DNA from: an uncultured Acidimicrobiia bacterium
GTDB taxonomy: Bacteria > Actinomycetota > Acidimicrobiia > Spongiisociales > UBA5794
DNA: 64,000 bases
Assembly: GCA_963714055.1 (NCBI GenBank)
Contig: OY970227.1
Location: 298,085 to 362,084 of the forward strand
Direction: 5' to 3'
The notes under the pieces were generated by a model. The model was not told where the DNA came from and did not search any database. It saw only the letters and a list, made by a program, of their open reading frames with translations. Position 1 is the first letter of the stretch. Each line of letters begins with the position of its first letter. Below are positions 55,667 through 64,000 of this stretch, piece after piece. The position numbers and the translations under genes were made by a program.

Positions 55667-58324
55667 TCAATCCGCCTTGCACTCGGCGAGGTTCGCGCCG
55701 GTGGCGGTGTCCACCACCAAGGGCACGTCGAGCGAGACGATGCCCTCCATCACGGCGCGGGTGACCGCGGTCGCCTCTTCGACCATGTCGTCCGGGACCT
55801 CGAGCACCAGCTCGTCATGGATCTGGAGCAGCATCGACGCACCAACGCCCTCTACGGCGAGCGCCTCCTCGAGCACGACCATCGCCTTCTTGATGATGTC
55901 CGCCGCCGATCCCTGGATTGGCGCGTTGAGCGCCATCCGCTCCCCCATCTGGCGCTGGCGGAAATTGGAGCTGGCCAGCTCTGGGAGGTAGCGGCGTCGC
56001 CCGAGGAGGGTCGTGGTGAACCCGGTGGTGCGGGCCTGGTCGACGATCCCCTGCATGTAGTCGCGCACCCGGGGGAACTGGGCGAAGTAGGCGGCGACAT
56101 GGCCCTCGGCCTCCTGCCGGGATATGTCGAGGCGTTGCGCCAGCCCGTATGCCTCCATCCCGTACAGCAACCCGAAGTTGATCACCTTGGCGCGACGCCG
56201 TTCGGTGGCGGTCACATCGGCCGCCGGCTTGCCCGCCACCCGGGCGGCCGTGGCCAGGTGGATGTCCATGCCATGCCGGAACGCCTCCACCAGCCCGGGA
56301 TCGCCGGAGAGGTGGGCCAGGATGCGGAGCTCGATCTGCGAGTAGTCGGCGGTGACCAGCCGGTGCCCTTCGGCGGCGACGAAGGCGGTGCGGATGACCC
56401 TGCCCTCCTCCGAACGGACAGGGATGTTCTGCAGGTTGGGCTGTTCCTGGCTGAGTCGCCCGGTGGCGGCGGCCATCTGGTTGAACCGGCCCCTCACCCG
56501 CCCGTCGGCCTCGATCAGCGGCAGCAGGGCGTCGACATAGGTGGAGCGGAGCTTCTCCAACTCGCGGTACAGGAGGAGGTGGTCGACGACCGGGTGCGCC
56601 TGGCGCAGCTTCTCGAGCACGGAGGCGTCGGTGCTGGGCACCCCCTTGGCGGTCTTCTTCAGCACCGGCAGCTCCAAGCGGTCGAAGAGGACGGCGCGCA
56701 GCTGGAGGGTCGAGTTGATGTTGAAGGCTTCGCCGGCGGAGGAGTGGATAGCGGTCTCCAGCTCGGTGAGCCGCCGGCGCAGGTCGTCACCGAGCCTCGT
56801 GAGCACCGCCCGGTCGACGGCGATGCCGGTCTCCTCCATGCGCGCCAGCACCCCGATGAGCGGCAGTTCGATCTCCTCGTAGAGGTCGCCACCGCCCCGC
56901 ACCTCGATCTGCTCCCGGAGGGGGGCGATCAGCGCGGCGACGGCGGTGGCGCGGCGAGCGGCGGCCTCGGAGGCGGCGAAGGCGGTGTCGGGCCTGCCCT
57001 CGACCGGGGGCGCTTCGAAGTCGAACGATCCCTGCGGCAGCTCGGCTACATCGACCGGCTGCGGGACGACGGCGAGCCCGAGCTCGCGGTAGGCCAGCTC
57101 CTCGAGGTCGGGGGCGCGCTGGCCCGGGTTCACCACGTAGGCGGCCAGGGCGGTGTCGAACCCCACCGGCGGCGCCTCCAGGTCGGAGGCGAGGAAGTCG
57201 CGGAGCAACGGCTTGACATCGTGCCCGGCCAGGCGGGCCGCCGTCCGGTCGAGGGCCTCGGCGACGATGGCGAAGCGCTCCACGGGCACGAAACGGGCCT
57301 CGTCGGCGGCGGCGGCGGCGAGCCCGATGAGGTCGGCGCCGTCGTGGACGGCGGAGACGGCGACGAGCCCGCCGCGGGCCAGCGGGACGAGATCGTCGGC
57401 GGTGTGGGCCGTCGACACCTCCACCTCGATCTCCGCAGTCTCGACCGCACCCTGCCCGCCCAGCTCGACCAGCCGTTCCCACAGGGTCCGGAAGGCGAGG
57501 GCGTCGAACACCTTGCGGACCCGGTCGTGGTCCCACTCGCCCAGCTGCAGGGCGGTGAGGTCGGTGGCGGCCACCTCGGGCACGTCGACCATCGTCATGA
57601 TCTGCCGGTTGAGGAACACCTGGTCGCGGTTCTCGGCGAGGTTCGCCTTCATTCGGGGGGTCTGCTCGTCGAGATGCCCGTAGACGCCCTCGAGGTCGCC
57701 GTGCTCGGCGATCAGCTTGGTGGCGGTCTTCTCGCCGACCCCGGGCACACCGGGCAGGTTGTCCGAGCTGTCACCGCGGAGGGCGGCGTAGTCGAGGTAC
57801 TGCGTCGGGGCGATCCCGTAGCGTTCCCGGATCCATGCCTCGTCGGCCATCACGGTGTCGGAGATGCCCCGCCGGGTGTACATCACGGTGGTGTCGTCGT
57901 CGATGAGCTGGAACGAGTCGCGATCGCCGGTGACCACGATCACCTTCCAGCCCTCCGAGGTGGCCTTGCCCACGAGCGTGCTGATGACGTCGTCGGCCTC
58001 GAAGCCGGGCGCCTCGATCTGGGTGATGTCGAGCGCCTCGAGCACCTCGCGGATGAGCGGGAGCTGGCTGCGGAACAGGTCCGGCGGCGCCTCGCGCTGC
58101 GCCTTGTACTCCGGGAAGAGGTCGCGGCGGAACTGCGGTCCGCGGACGTCCCAGGTGACGGCCACCGCCTCGGGTCGCTCGTCCCCGAGCAGCTTGATGA
58201 GCATCGAAGTGAAGCCGAACACGGCGTTGGTGACCTGGCCGGCGGGCGTGGCCAGGTCCGCCGGGAGCGCGTAGAACGCCCGGTAGGCGAGGCTGTGGCC
58301 GTCGAGGAGGGCGAGGGTCGCCAT
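55667..58324 (-). CDS. polA: DNA polymerase I
   Basis: LDGHSLAYRAF, EADDVI, GDSSDNLPGVPGVGEKTA, TGRLS..PNLQNIP, ADYSQIELR, QIHDEL. Confidence 0.98.
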   Translation of the reverse strand: MATLALLDGHSLAYRAFYALPADLATPAGQVTNAVFGFTSMLIKLLGDERPEAVAVTWDVRGPQFRRDLFPEYKAQREAPPDLFRSQLPLIREVLEALDITQIEAPGFEADDVISTLVGKATSEGWKVIVVTGDRDSFQLIDDDTTVMYTRRGISDTVMADEAWIRERYGIAPTQYLDYAALRGDSSDNLPGVPGVGEKTATKLIAEHGDLEGVYGHLDEQTPRMKANLAENRDQVFLNRQIMTMVDVPEVAATDLTALQLGEWDHDRVRKVFDALAFRTLWERLVELGGQGAVETAEIEVEVSTAHTADDLVPLARGGLVAVSAVHDGADLIGLAAAAADEARFVPVERFAIVAEALDRTAARLAGHDVKPLLRDFLASDLEAPPVGFDTALAAYVVNPGQRAPDLEELAYRELGLAVVPQPVDVAELPQGSFDFEAPPVEGRPDTAFAASEAAARRATAVAALIAPLREQIEVRGGGDLYEEIELPLIGVLARMEETGIAVDRAVLTRLGDDLRRRLTELETAIHSSAGEAFNINSTLQLRAVLFDRLELPVLKKTAKGVPSTDASVLEKLRQAHPVVDHLLLYRELEKLRSTYVDALLPLIEADGRVRGRFNQMAAATGRLSQEQPNLQNIPVRSEEGRVIRTAFVAAEGHRLVTADYSQIELRILAHLSGDPGLVEAFRHGMDIHLATAARVAGKPAADVTATERRRAKVINFGLLYGMEAYGLAQRLDISRQEAEGHVAAYFAQFPRVRDYMQGIVDQARTTGFTTTLLGRRRYLPELASSNFRQRQMGERMALNAPIQGSAADIIKKAMVVLEEALAVEGVGASMLLQIHDELVLEVPDDMVEEATAVTRAVMEGIVSLDVPLVVDTATGANLAECKAD

Positions 58325-58331
58325 CGCGGCG

Positions 58332-58353
58332 AGTGTAGGGAGCGGCCCCGACA
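58332..58353 (-). promoter_or_regulatory. PafBC/RecA-NDp-type promoter of polA (leaderless)
   Basis: TGTCGG-N10-TACACT-N7-ATG. Confidence 0.85.
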
Positions 58354-58395
58354 CGACAGCGATCGACCCGAGGCGGCACGTCCGCCACCGCGATG

Positions 58396-58444
58396 CAACT
58401 TTGAGCGATTGAACACCTGAGGTGGCGCCACTCGCTCAAAGTTG
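58396..58444. repeat. Third copy of the palindromic REP-like element
   Basis: CAACTTTGAGCGATTGAACACCTGAGGTGGCGCCACTCGCTCAAAGTTG; arms identical to the 44.7 kb copies, centre diverged. Confidence 0.9.
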
Positions 58445-58457
58445 GGAGCTCTGGTCG

Positions 58458-58733
58458 CTAGGTGAGCTTCTTCAGCAGCCGGTCACGCTCGACCTCGAGA
58501 CGCTCCCGCCGGTGCGCCAGCTCGGCGACGTGGCGCTCGAACCTGGCGACGTCGGCGCCGGTCTCCCTGGCATCGGCACGGTCGAGCGGGCTGTCCGACG
58601 TGAGGGCGTCGCGGTTGGCGTCGTCGTGGAGGTGCTGGTGGAAGATCAGCTCCTCTGCGGCCAGACGCTCGTCTCGCCGCAGGGCGGCGATCTCGTCGTT
58701 CATGGCGAAGAGCCTCTTCTCGATCCGGCGCAC
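58458..58733 (-). CDS. Hypothetical coiled-coil protein
   Basis: Helical, charged 91-aa ORF; TATCCT 6 nt before GTG (leaderless layout). Confidence 0.65.
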   Translation of the reverse strand: MRRIEKRLFAMNDEIAALRRDERLAAEELIFHQHLHDDANRDALTSDSPLDRADARETGADVARFERHVAELAHRRERLEVERDRLLKKLT

Positions 58734-58797
58734 CCGGCCAGGATACGACGGCGCCCGGCGATGGGCGGTCGCGGTGCGTTCAGAAGTCGGATGGCGG

Positions 58798-58880
58798 TGC
58801 CGGAGGCGGGACTCGAACCCGCACGTGGTTACCCGCGATGGTGTTTGAGATCTCGTGTATGCCAATTTCTCCACTCCGGC
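58798..58880 (-). tRNA. tRNA-Leu(CAA), with disrupted anticodon stem as sequenced
   Basis: Perfect GCCGGAG/CTCCGGC acceptor and GCGGG-TTCGAGT-CCCGC T-arm; loop CTCAAAC; TATAAT at 58890-58895. Confidence 0.8.
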
Positions 58881-58900
58881 GATTGCAGGATTATAGGAGG

Positions 58901-59712
58901 TCAGTGCTTCGGCCCAACAAAGGTGTCGAGGTAGGCGACGTCGTCGCGACGGGCCACCGGAGATGTACCCGACGAGTGGTCGCGTGTCCAGTGCACGACC
59001 GAGTAGGTCGAGGGCGTCGGTGAAGATCCTCGAGGATGTCCTCCGAGGCGTTGGTGAACATGTAGCGCGGGTACTCGGTAGCGCTTCGGTCCGGTGCGAA
59101 GCCGTCTCCTGACACTTGATTGATCATGCCGGTTGCCATCCGGACTGGATCGAGCCCGCGGACGAGCTCGTCGCGGGTGAGCGGCGACCACGTCATGCGC
59201 TGCCACGTCCGCTGAGTCGATCGACTCGCTGCGTGCTTGCGCGCCGGGCCATGCTGAGGAAAGACGCACGGCCAGTGTTTCCAGTAGGTCGTTGGCACGA
59301 CGACGCAGCCCGGGCTGTGGACGAAAGCCGACGGTGTCACGAGCCGCGCACGATCGTGATCGCCGTGGCGATCTCGTTGACGATGTCCGGATACTTGAGG
59401 TCACACGAGACGCGGAGGTCATAGACATCTCTCGGAAAGGCGCGTCAACGTCCCATCTCCGAGGTAGATCCCCAGGAGGTAGGCGTACGCCTTCGGGTCG
59501 AAGGGCGCGGTGCCTGCGCATCGGAAGCACGGGGCAGCACCGTGGCGCTTGCCGGTCCACGCAGTCGTGCGGCCGCCGCTGCCGGCAGCTCGTGCCGTGC
59601 GCCAGCCCCGGATGGTGACCCTCGAGATCCCGAGACGACGGCCGATCTCGCAGTCGTTGATGCCCTGGTCGATCAGGTCCAAAGCCGCCTCGTACTCTTC
59701 CTTGGATCGCAC
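58901..59712 (-). CDS. HTH + LAGLIDADG-like protein, multiple frameshifts
   Basis: EIGRRLGISRVTIRGWR HTH, CFRC, YAYLLGIYLGDG, YWKHWPCVFPQHGP.RKH, YPRYMFTNASEDI, VARRDDVAYLDTFVGPK spread over three frames. Confidence 0.75.
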
Positions 59713-59730
59713 CCGACCCTCCGTCACCGG

Positions 59731-59769
59731 CGAACGTGTGTTCGATCAGGATGATCGGCGGGTGTGACG
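59731..59769 (-). promoter_or_regulatory. LexA box plus PafBC-like promoter variant
   Basis: TCGAAC-ACAC-GTTCG at 59731-59745; CGTCAC-N10-CATCCT at 59748-59769. Confidence 0.7.
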
Positions 59770-59778
59770 GAATCGGGC

Positions 59779-60078
59779 CTATTCCTGAACCGTGCGGATG
59801 TACTCCACCAGGCTGTCGACCTGCTCGTCGGTCAGGCGGTCGAACCCGGGCATGGAACCCGGGCCGACCCGGATGGCGCCGGCGATCTGCTCGTCCGTCA
59901 GCGAGGCGGCCTCGGACCCGGCATCGAGCGCCGGTCCCACGCCGCCACCGCCGAGACCACCGTGGCACGAGGCGCACGACTGCTCGTAGAGCTCCCGGCC
60001 GGTCAGGCCGGACGACCCGCTGCAGCCGGCCATCACGACGGCACCGGCGAGCACCGCCGCGCCCGCCCGCGACCACAT
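59779..60078 (-). CDS. Monoheme cytochrome c lipoprotein
   Basis: Lipobox MAG-C, CASCHG heme motif, distal SMPGF. Confidence 0.88.
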   Translation of the reverse strand: MWSRAGAAVLAGAVVMAGCSGSSGLTGRELYEQSCASCHGGLGGGGVGPALDAGSEAASLTDEQIAGAIRVGPGSMPGFDRLTDEQVDSLVEYIRTVQE

Positions 60079-61082
60079 CACGCCCCCAGGGTGGGATCGA
60101 GGGGCAGCCGCTCCACCACCGCGCGAGCCTCGCCGCCGGGCCATCGGAGGCTCACCGGCGAGCCCGGCTCGACCTGGCGGCGCACCATCGCCATCCCTAC
60201 CGGCGCCGAGAGCGTGAGCGACTCGGCGATCGATGTCACCGCCCCAACCGGTCCATCGGCGACGACCTCGGCGCCGGCCGGCGGGAGGACGTTGGCGGTG
60301 AGCCGCACGCCGCGCAGGCGCCGGTTGACGTGGCCCCGGGAGTCGATGCGGGCGATCAGCTCCTGGCCCAGGTAGCAGCCCTTGGTGAAGTCGACGGCAC
60401 CATCCACGAGGTCGGCCTCCTGGGCGATCGTCTTCTCGTCGATGTCCACGCCCATCAAGGGCTCCCCCGCCTCGATGCGCACCGCGTCGGCGGCGAGCCG
60501 GCCACAGCACACCGCCCCGGCGGCGATCAGCGAATCGATGCCCACCCCGACGAGAGCCAACCGGGGCAGCGGCACCCTGGCGAACGGCACCGAGGAGACG
60601 ACCACGTCGCCGCGACGCTCCCAGCCTTCGGCGGCGACAACACCCACCACCCTGTCGACGATCGCCATCGCCGCCGGGCCCCACAGGGCCACCACCGGAC
60701 CGGGCTCGGGCTCGATGGCGACATCGACCCGGATCTTGAACCGGCGGAGGTCCTCCTCGACGATGACCCCGCGGCCGGCATCGGTGAGCAGGCCGACCTC
60801 GTCGACGCCGCGCAGCAGGAGATGAGGAGCGCGCAGCTTGCCCTGTGGCGACAGCAGGAGTGACCGGGCCACGCTCCCCGGTGCCATGGGCTCGACCGCC
60901 TGGCTGAGCAACCCGTCGAGGAACCGCACTGCGTCCGGCCCGCGCACCCACACCAGGTCGTGCCAGCCGGCGACAGCGCCGGCGCCGGTGCGGAGGGCCA
61001 GGTACTCGCCGGTGACGTCGCCGTAGGAGTCGGCTCCACCGCGCCGGGTAACCGCGGCGCCAATCACACCTGGGCCAGTCAT
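60078..61082 (-). CDS. ygfZ: YgfZ/GcvT folate-binding Fe-S assembly protein
   Basis: VRGPDAVRFLDGLLSQ, RIEAGEP, FTKGCYLGQE signature. Confidence 0.9.
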   Translation of the reverse strand: MTGPGVIGAAVTRRGGADSYGDVTGEYLALRTGAGAVAGWHDLVWVRGPDAVRFLDGLLSQAVEPMAPGSVARSLLLSPQGKLRAPHLLLRGVDEVGLLTDAGRGVIVEEDLRRFKIRVDVAIEPEPGPVVALWGPAAMAIVDRVVGVVAAEGWERRGDVVVSSVPFARVPLPRLALVGVGIDSLIAAGAVCCGRLAADAVRIEAGEPLMGVDIDEKTIAQEADLVDGAVDFTKGCYLGQELIARIDSRGHVNRRLRGVRLTANVLPPAGAEVVADGPVGAVTSIAESLTLSAPVGMAMVRRQVEPGSPVSLRWPGGEARAVVERLPLDPTLGA

Positions 61083-61828
61083 ACGTCGGCCAGGCCTTCG
61101 AGGCCGAGGCGAGTCAGCCACCGGCTGAACCACGAGTTGAGCTCGGTGACGTTCCCGGTGACCAGGAGGAGCCCGAACCCGGCGAGCAGCAGACCGGATA
61201 CCACCGTGATCGGCACCAGGAAGGGTCGGAGCCGGTCGAAGCTGCGGTATGCCCCGGCGATGGCGACCGAGGTCACCAGGAACGGGATCCCCAGCCCGAG
61301 CGAATAGAAGGTGAGCACCACCATCCCGCGGGCCACCGTGTCGCTGGCGGCGCCGAGGGCGAGGGCGGCGGTGAGGAACGGCCCGATGCACGGGGTCCAC
61401 CCGAAGGCGAATGCCGCCCCCATCACCGGTGCCGTCAGCGAGCCGAAGCGGTCGGAGTCGACGGCGAGCCTCCGCTCCCGCAGCAAGGGCATCAGAAACC
61501 GCGGGGTCGATACCGCGGTCACCGCCACGAACACCCCCATCAGGATGATCAGCACCCCGGAGACGAACTGGAACTGGGGCACGGCGAGCAGCCTCCCGAT
61601 GCTGGTCGCCGCCGCCCCGAACACCAGCACGAAGACCAGCGTGAAGCCGAGCACGAACAGCCCGGTGGTGCGGGTGACCCGCCCCAACTCCACCTCGCCG
61701 GCCCGCAGCTCCTGGGCGGAGTATCCCGAGACCAGCCCGATGTAGCCGGGCACCATGGGCAGGACGCAGGGCGACAGGAACGATGCCGCCCCGGCGGCGA
61801 CGGCGGTGAGCAGGCTCAGGTTGTCCAT
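61079..61828 (-). CDS. ccdA: Cytochrome c biogenesis protein CcdA
   Basis: SFLSPCVLPMVPGY, FAFGWTPCIGP, YSLGLGIPF. Confidence 0.92.
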   Translation of the reverse strand: MDNLSLLTAVAAGAASFLSPCVLPMVPGYIGLVSGYSAQELRAGEVELGRVTRTTGLFVLGFTLVFVLVFGAAATSIGRLLAVPQFQFVSGVLIILMGVFVAVTAVSTPRFLMPLLRERRLAVDSDRFGSLTAPVMGAAFAFGWTPCIGPFLTAALALGAASDTVARGMVVLTFYSLGLGIPFLVTSVAIAGAYRSFDRLRPFLVPITVVSGLLLAGFGLLLVTGNVTELNSWFSRWLTRLGLEGLADV

Positions 61829-62031
61829 GACCTCCGGCGTCCTTCGGGCCATCCGCGACCGTTGTCCAGAGCGGCGCCCCCCGGCGGACCCTCGCGTGCG
61901 GAGAGCGGCGTCCGGGGACATCCGGCTGCCGGCATGTTCCCATGAACCCGGTGCGATCAGGTACACGGAGTCACGGCCCCCTGGCGGTAACCTGCCCGGC
62001 CGGCATCGACCGGGCGGATCGGAGAAGGTGC

Positions 62032-63297
62032 ATGCGGACAGCGGGACAGTCTGGCCCGGGCTTCTCGATGAGAGATCGCCGCACCATCTTCCTCATGGGC
62101 ATCGCCGCCTTCGTGGTCGGCTACGGCGCCTCGGTCATCTCCGCCACCCTCCCGTACGCCCGGGTGGCCATGGACATCAGCGAAGGGTCGATGTTCTGGA
62201 TCTTCGGGATCACCAGGCTGGCGTCGCTGGCCGGGATCCTCTTCGCCTTCGCCGCCGATCGCCAGGGTCGCCGCGATGTCTTCCTGGTCGCCTTCGCCCT
62301 CGTCCCGGTGGGCAACCTGCTCGCCGGGCTGCTCCCCAACCCGATCTTCTTCACGCTGGCCCAGGCGCTCACCCGGATCGGGGTGGTGGCGGTGGCCGCC
62401 CTCGCCGTGGTGATCCTGGCCGAGGAGTTGACGCCGGGACGGCGGGCCTTCGGCATCGGCCTCTACGCCATCGCCGGATCGGTGGGCGCCGGCCTCGGCC
62501 TCCTCCTGCTCCCCTTTGCCGACTCCGGCCCCGATCGCTGGCGGATCCTGTTCGGGCTCACCGCACTCGGCCTGCTGGTGTTGCCCTTGCTCAACCGGTT
62601 CCTCGAGGAGACCAGGGCGTTCACCCGGCCTTCCTCCGCGCCGGGATACAACGCCATCATGCACACCGGCGAAGGCCGCTACCTGTGGACGCTGGGCGGC
62701 ATCGCCTTCCTGGTCGCCGTGTTCTCGTCGCCGGCGTTCAACTTCGTCCTCGAGCGGCTGGTCAACGACCTGGAGTGGACGGCGACGTCCGCCACCTGGC
62801 TGCTGGTGATCGCCTCCGGGATAGGCACGATCGGGTTGCTCATCGGGGGGCGCCTCGCCGACGTGGTGGGTCGCCGCCAGGCCGCCGCCCTCGGCATCCT
62901 CGTCGGGCTGGCAGGCGGGGTCGGCTTCTACTTCGTCGACTCGACGCTGTTGCTGGGGGTGACCGTGTTCCTCGGGACCCTCGGGGCGACGATGCTGACC
63001 CCGGCGTTCGCCGCCCAGCGCTCCGAGCTGTTCCCGACCCGGGTGCGGGCCTCGGCCGGTGGGTTCATCACCAACGCCGGCATCGTCGGGTCGATCCTCG
63101 GGTTCCTGATCGGCGCCCTCGTGGTCGACACCATCGGGCTGTCCCGCACCGTCGCCTTCCTGGGGCTCGGCTTGCTGGCGGCGGTGTGGCTCGTGTTCCA
63201 GCTCCCCGAGACGAAGGGTCGGGTCCTGGTGGAGACCTACGCGACCCCGGCCGACGTGGAGGAGCCGGCGTGGGTCGAGGAGGCCCGCCCGGACTGA
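62032..63297 (+). CDS. MFS transporter
   Basis: About 12 TM helices, ADRQGRR and LADVVGRR loops, SELFPTRVRA, LPETKG. Confidence 0.88.
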   Translation: MRTAGQSGPGFSMRDRRTIFLMGIAAFVVGYGASVISATLPYARVAMDISEGSMFWIFGITRLASLAGILFAFAADRQGRRDVFLVAFALVPVGNLLAGLLPNPIFFTLAQALTRIGVVAVAALAVVILAEELTPGRRAFGIGLYAIAGSVGAGLGLLLLPFADSGPDRWRILFGLTALGLLVLPLLNRFLEETRAFTRPSSAPGYNAIMHTGEGRYLWTLGGIAFLVAVFSSPAFNFVLERLVNDLEWTATSATWLLVIASGIGTIGLLIGGRLADVVGRRQAAALGILVGLAGGVGFYFVDSTLLLGVTVFLGTLGATMLTPAFAAQRSELFPTRVRASAGGFITNAGIVGSILGFLIGALVVDTIGLSRTVAFLGLGLLAAVWLVFQLPETKGRVLVETYATPADVEEPAWVEEARPD

Positions 63298-63298
63298 G

Positions 63299-63946
63299 TC
63301 ATCGTCCCGGCTCGCCCGGGGTGAGCAGCCCGCGGTCGAACGCCGCCCCGACGGCAGCCGCCCGATCGTTGACCCCGAGCTTGGCGTAGATGTGGAGCAG
63401 GTGGCTCTTCACCGTCGCCTCGCTGATGAACAACCGCTCGGCGGCGTCCCGATTGGTGGCACCGGATGCGATCAGGCGCAGCACCTCGAGCTCCCGCTGG
63501 CTCACCGTATCCCTGGGCGGCTGCCGCACCTGGTCGAGTAGCAGGGCCCCGACCCGGGGCGAGAGGACCGCCTCTCCCCTGGCGGCTGCCCGCACCGCAT
63601 TGAGCAGGTCGTGGCGGGGGGCGTCCTTCAGCAGGTAGCCGGTGGCTCCCGCTTCGATGGCGGCGAGGACGTCTCTGTCGCTCTCATAGGTGGTGAGCAC
63701 GAGCACCTTCACGTCGAGCTCTGCCTCGGCGAGGCGACGGATGGCGGCGACCCCGTCGACCCCCGGCATCCGCAGGTCCATGAGCACGACGTCGGGACGG
63801 AGCGCCGCCGCCTTGGTGACGGCCTCGCCGCCGTCGGCGGCCTCTCCGATCACCTCGAACCCTTCCTCGCCGGCGAACATCCCGCGCACCCCGTCACGGA
63901 CCACCGGATGGTCGTCGACGATCAGCAGTCGGATCGGGTCACCCAC
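63299..63946 (-). CDS. NarL/LuxR-family response regulator
   Basis: IVDDHPVVR, LMDLRMP, GYLLKD, RELEVL..LFISEATVKSH. Confidence 0.93.
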   Translation of the reverse strand: MGDPIRLLIVDDHPVVRDGVRGMFAGEEGFEVIGEAADGGEAVTKAAALRPDVVLMDLRMPGVDGVAAIRRLAEAELDVKVLVLTTYESDRDVLAAIEAGATGYLLKDAPRHDLLNAVRAAARGEAVLSPRVGALLLDQVRQPPRDTVSQRELEVLRLIASGATNRDAAERLFISEATVKSHLLHIYAKLGVNDRAAAVGAAFDRGLLTPGEPGR

Positions 63947-64000
63947 CGGTCACCTCCAGGGAGATCTCGACCGGGGCGAGCGCCGGGAGGCTGGCCGAGA
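63939..64000 (-). CDS. Probable 3' end of the cognate histidine kinase (truncated by window)
   Basis: SASLPALAPVEISLEVTGG* overlaps the regulator start; identity inferred from position only. Confidence 0.35.
   Translation of the reverse strand, partial: SASLPALAPVEISLEVTGG

Noticed and set aside
58798-59712. Group I intron with homing endonuclease in tRNA-Leu
   Set aside because: The tRNA is contiguous and the ORF lies wholly upstream of it; no intron core seen

Overview
High-GC actinobacterial chromosome segment. Gene content and order suggest class Acidimicrobiia (inference). It is mostly core genome. Left to right: a Ni/Co transporter with sigK-rskA; the full Pup-proteasome locus (trmI, ferredoxin, arc, dop, pup, prcB, prcA, pafA, pafB, pafC, tatA/B, tatC, helY); an ArfA/ArfB-like pair; a small accessory islet beside tRNA-Leu(GAG) that includes a LexA-boxed HNH nuclease; an Opp/Dpp ABC transporter; secG-gpmA-tpiA-pgk-gap-yvcK-rapZ-uvrC with no whiA; uvrA, uvrB and coaE; a two-component system with two Flp pilins and a Tad operon; rpsA and polA; a damaged tRNA-Leu(CAA) next to a LexA-boxed HTH-LAGLIDADG-like gene; then cytochrome c/ygfZ/ccdA, an MFS transporter and a NarL-type regulator. 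Single-base indels break many genes, including gap, pgk and rpsA, so the sequence is probably an unpolished long-read assembly. Apparent fusions and pseudogenes are therefore suspect. The strongest signal is regulatory. A PafBC/RecA-NDp-type promoter (TGTCGG-N10-TANNNT) lies in front of polA and uvrB, with a one-mismatch copy in front of uvrA. A GTCAC variant lies in front of both LexA-boxed nuclease-like genes and in front of the sensor kinase that heads the kinase-regulator-Flp unit. This suggests, as a hypothesis, a link from DNA damage to the Tad pilus (possibly DNA uptake). A ~47-bp palindromic repeat occurs three times, each time just upstream of the uvrB or polA promoter.
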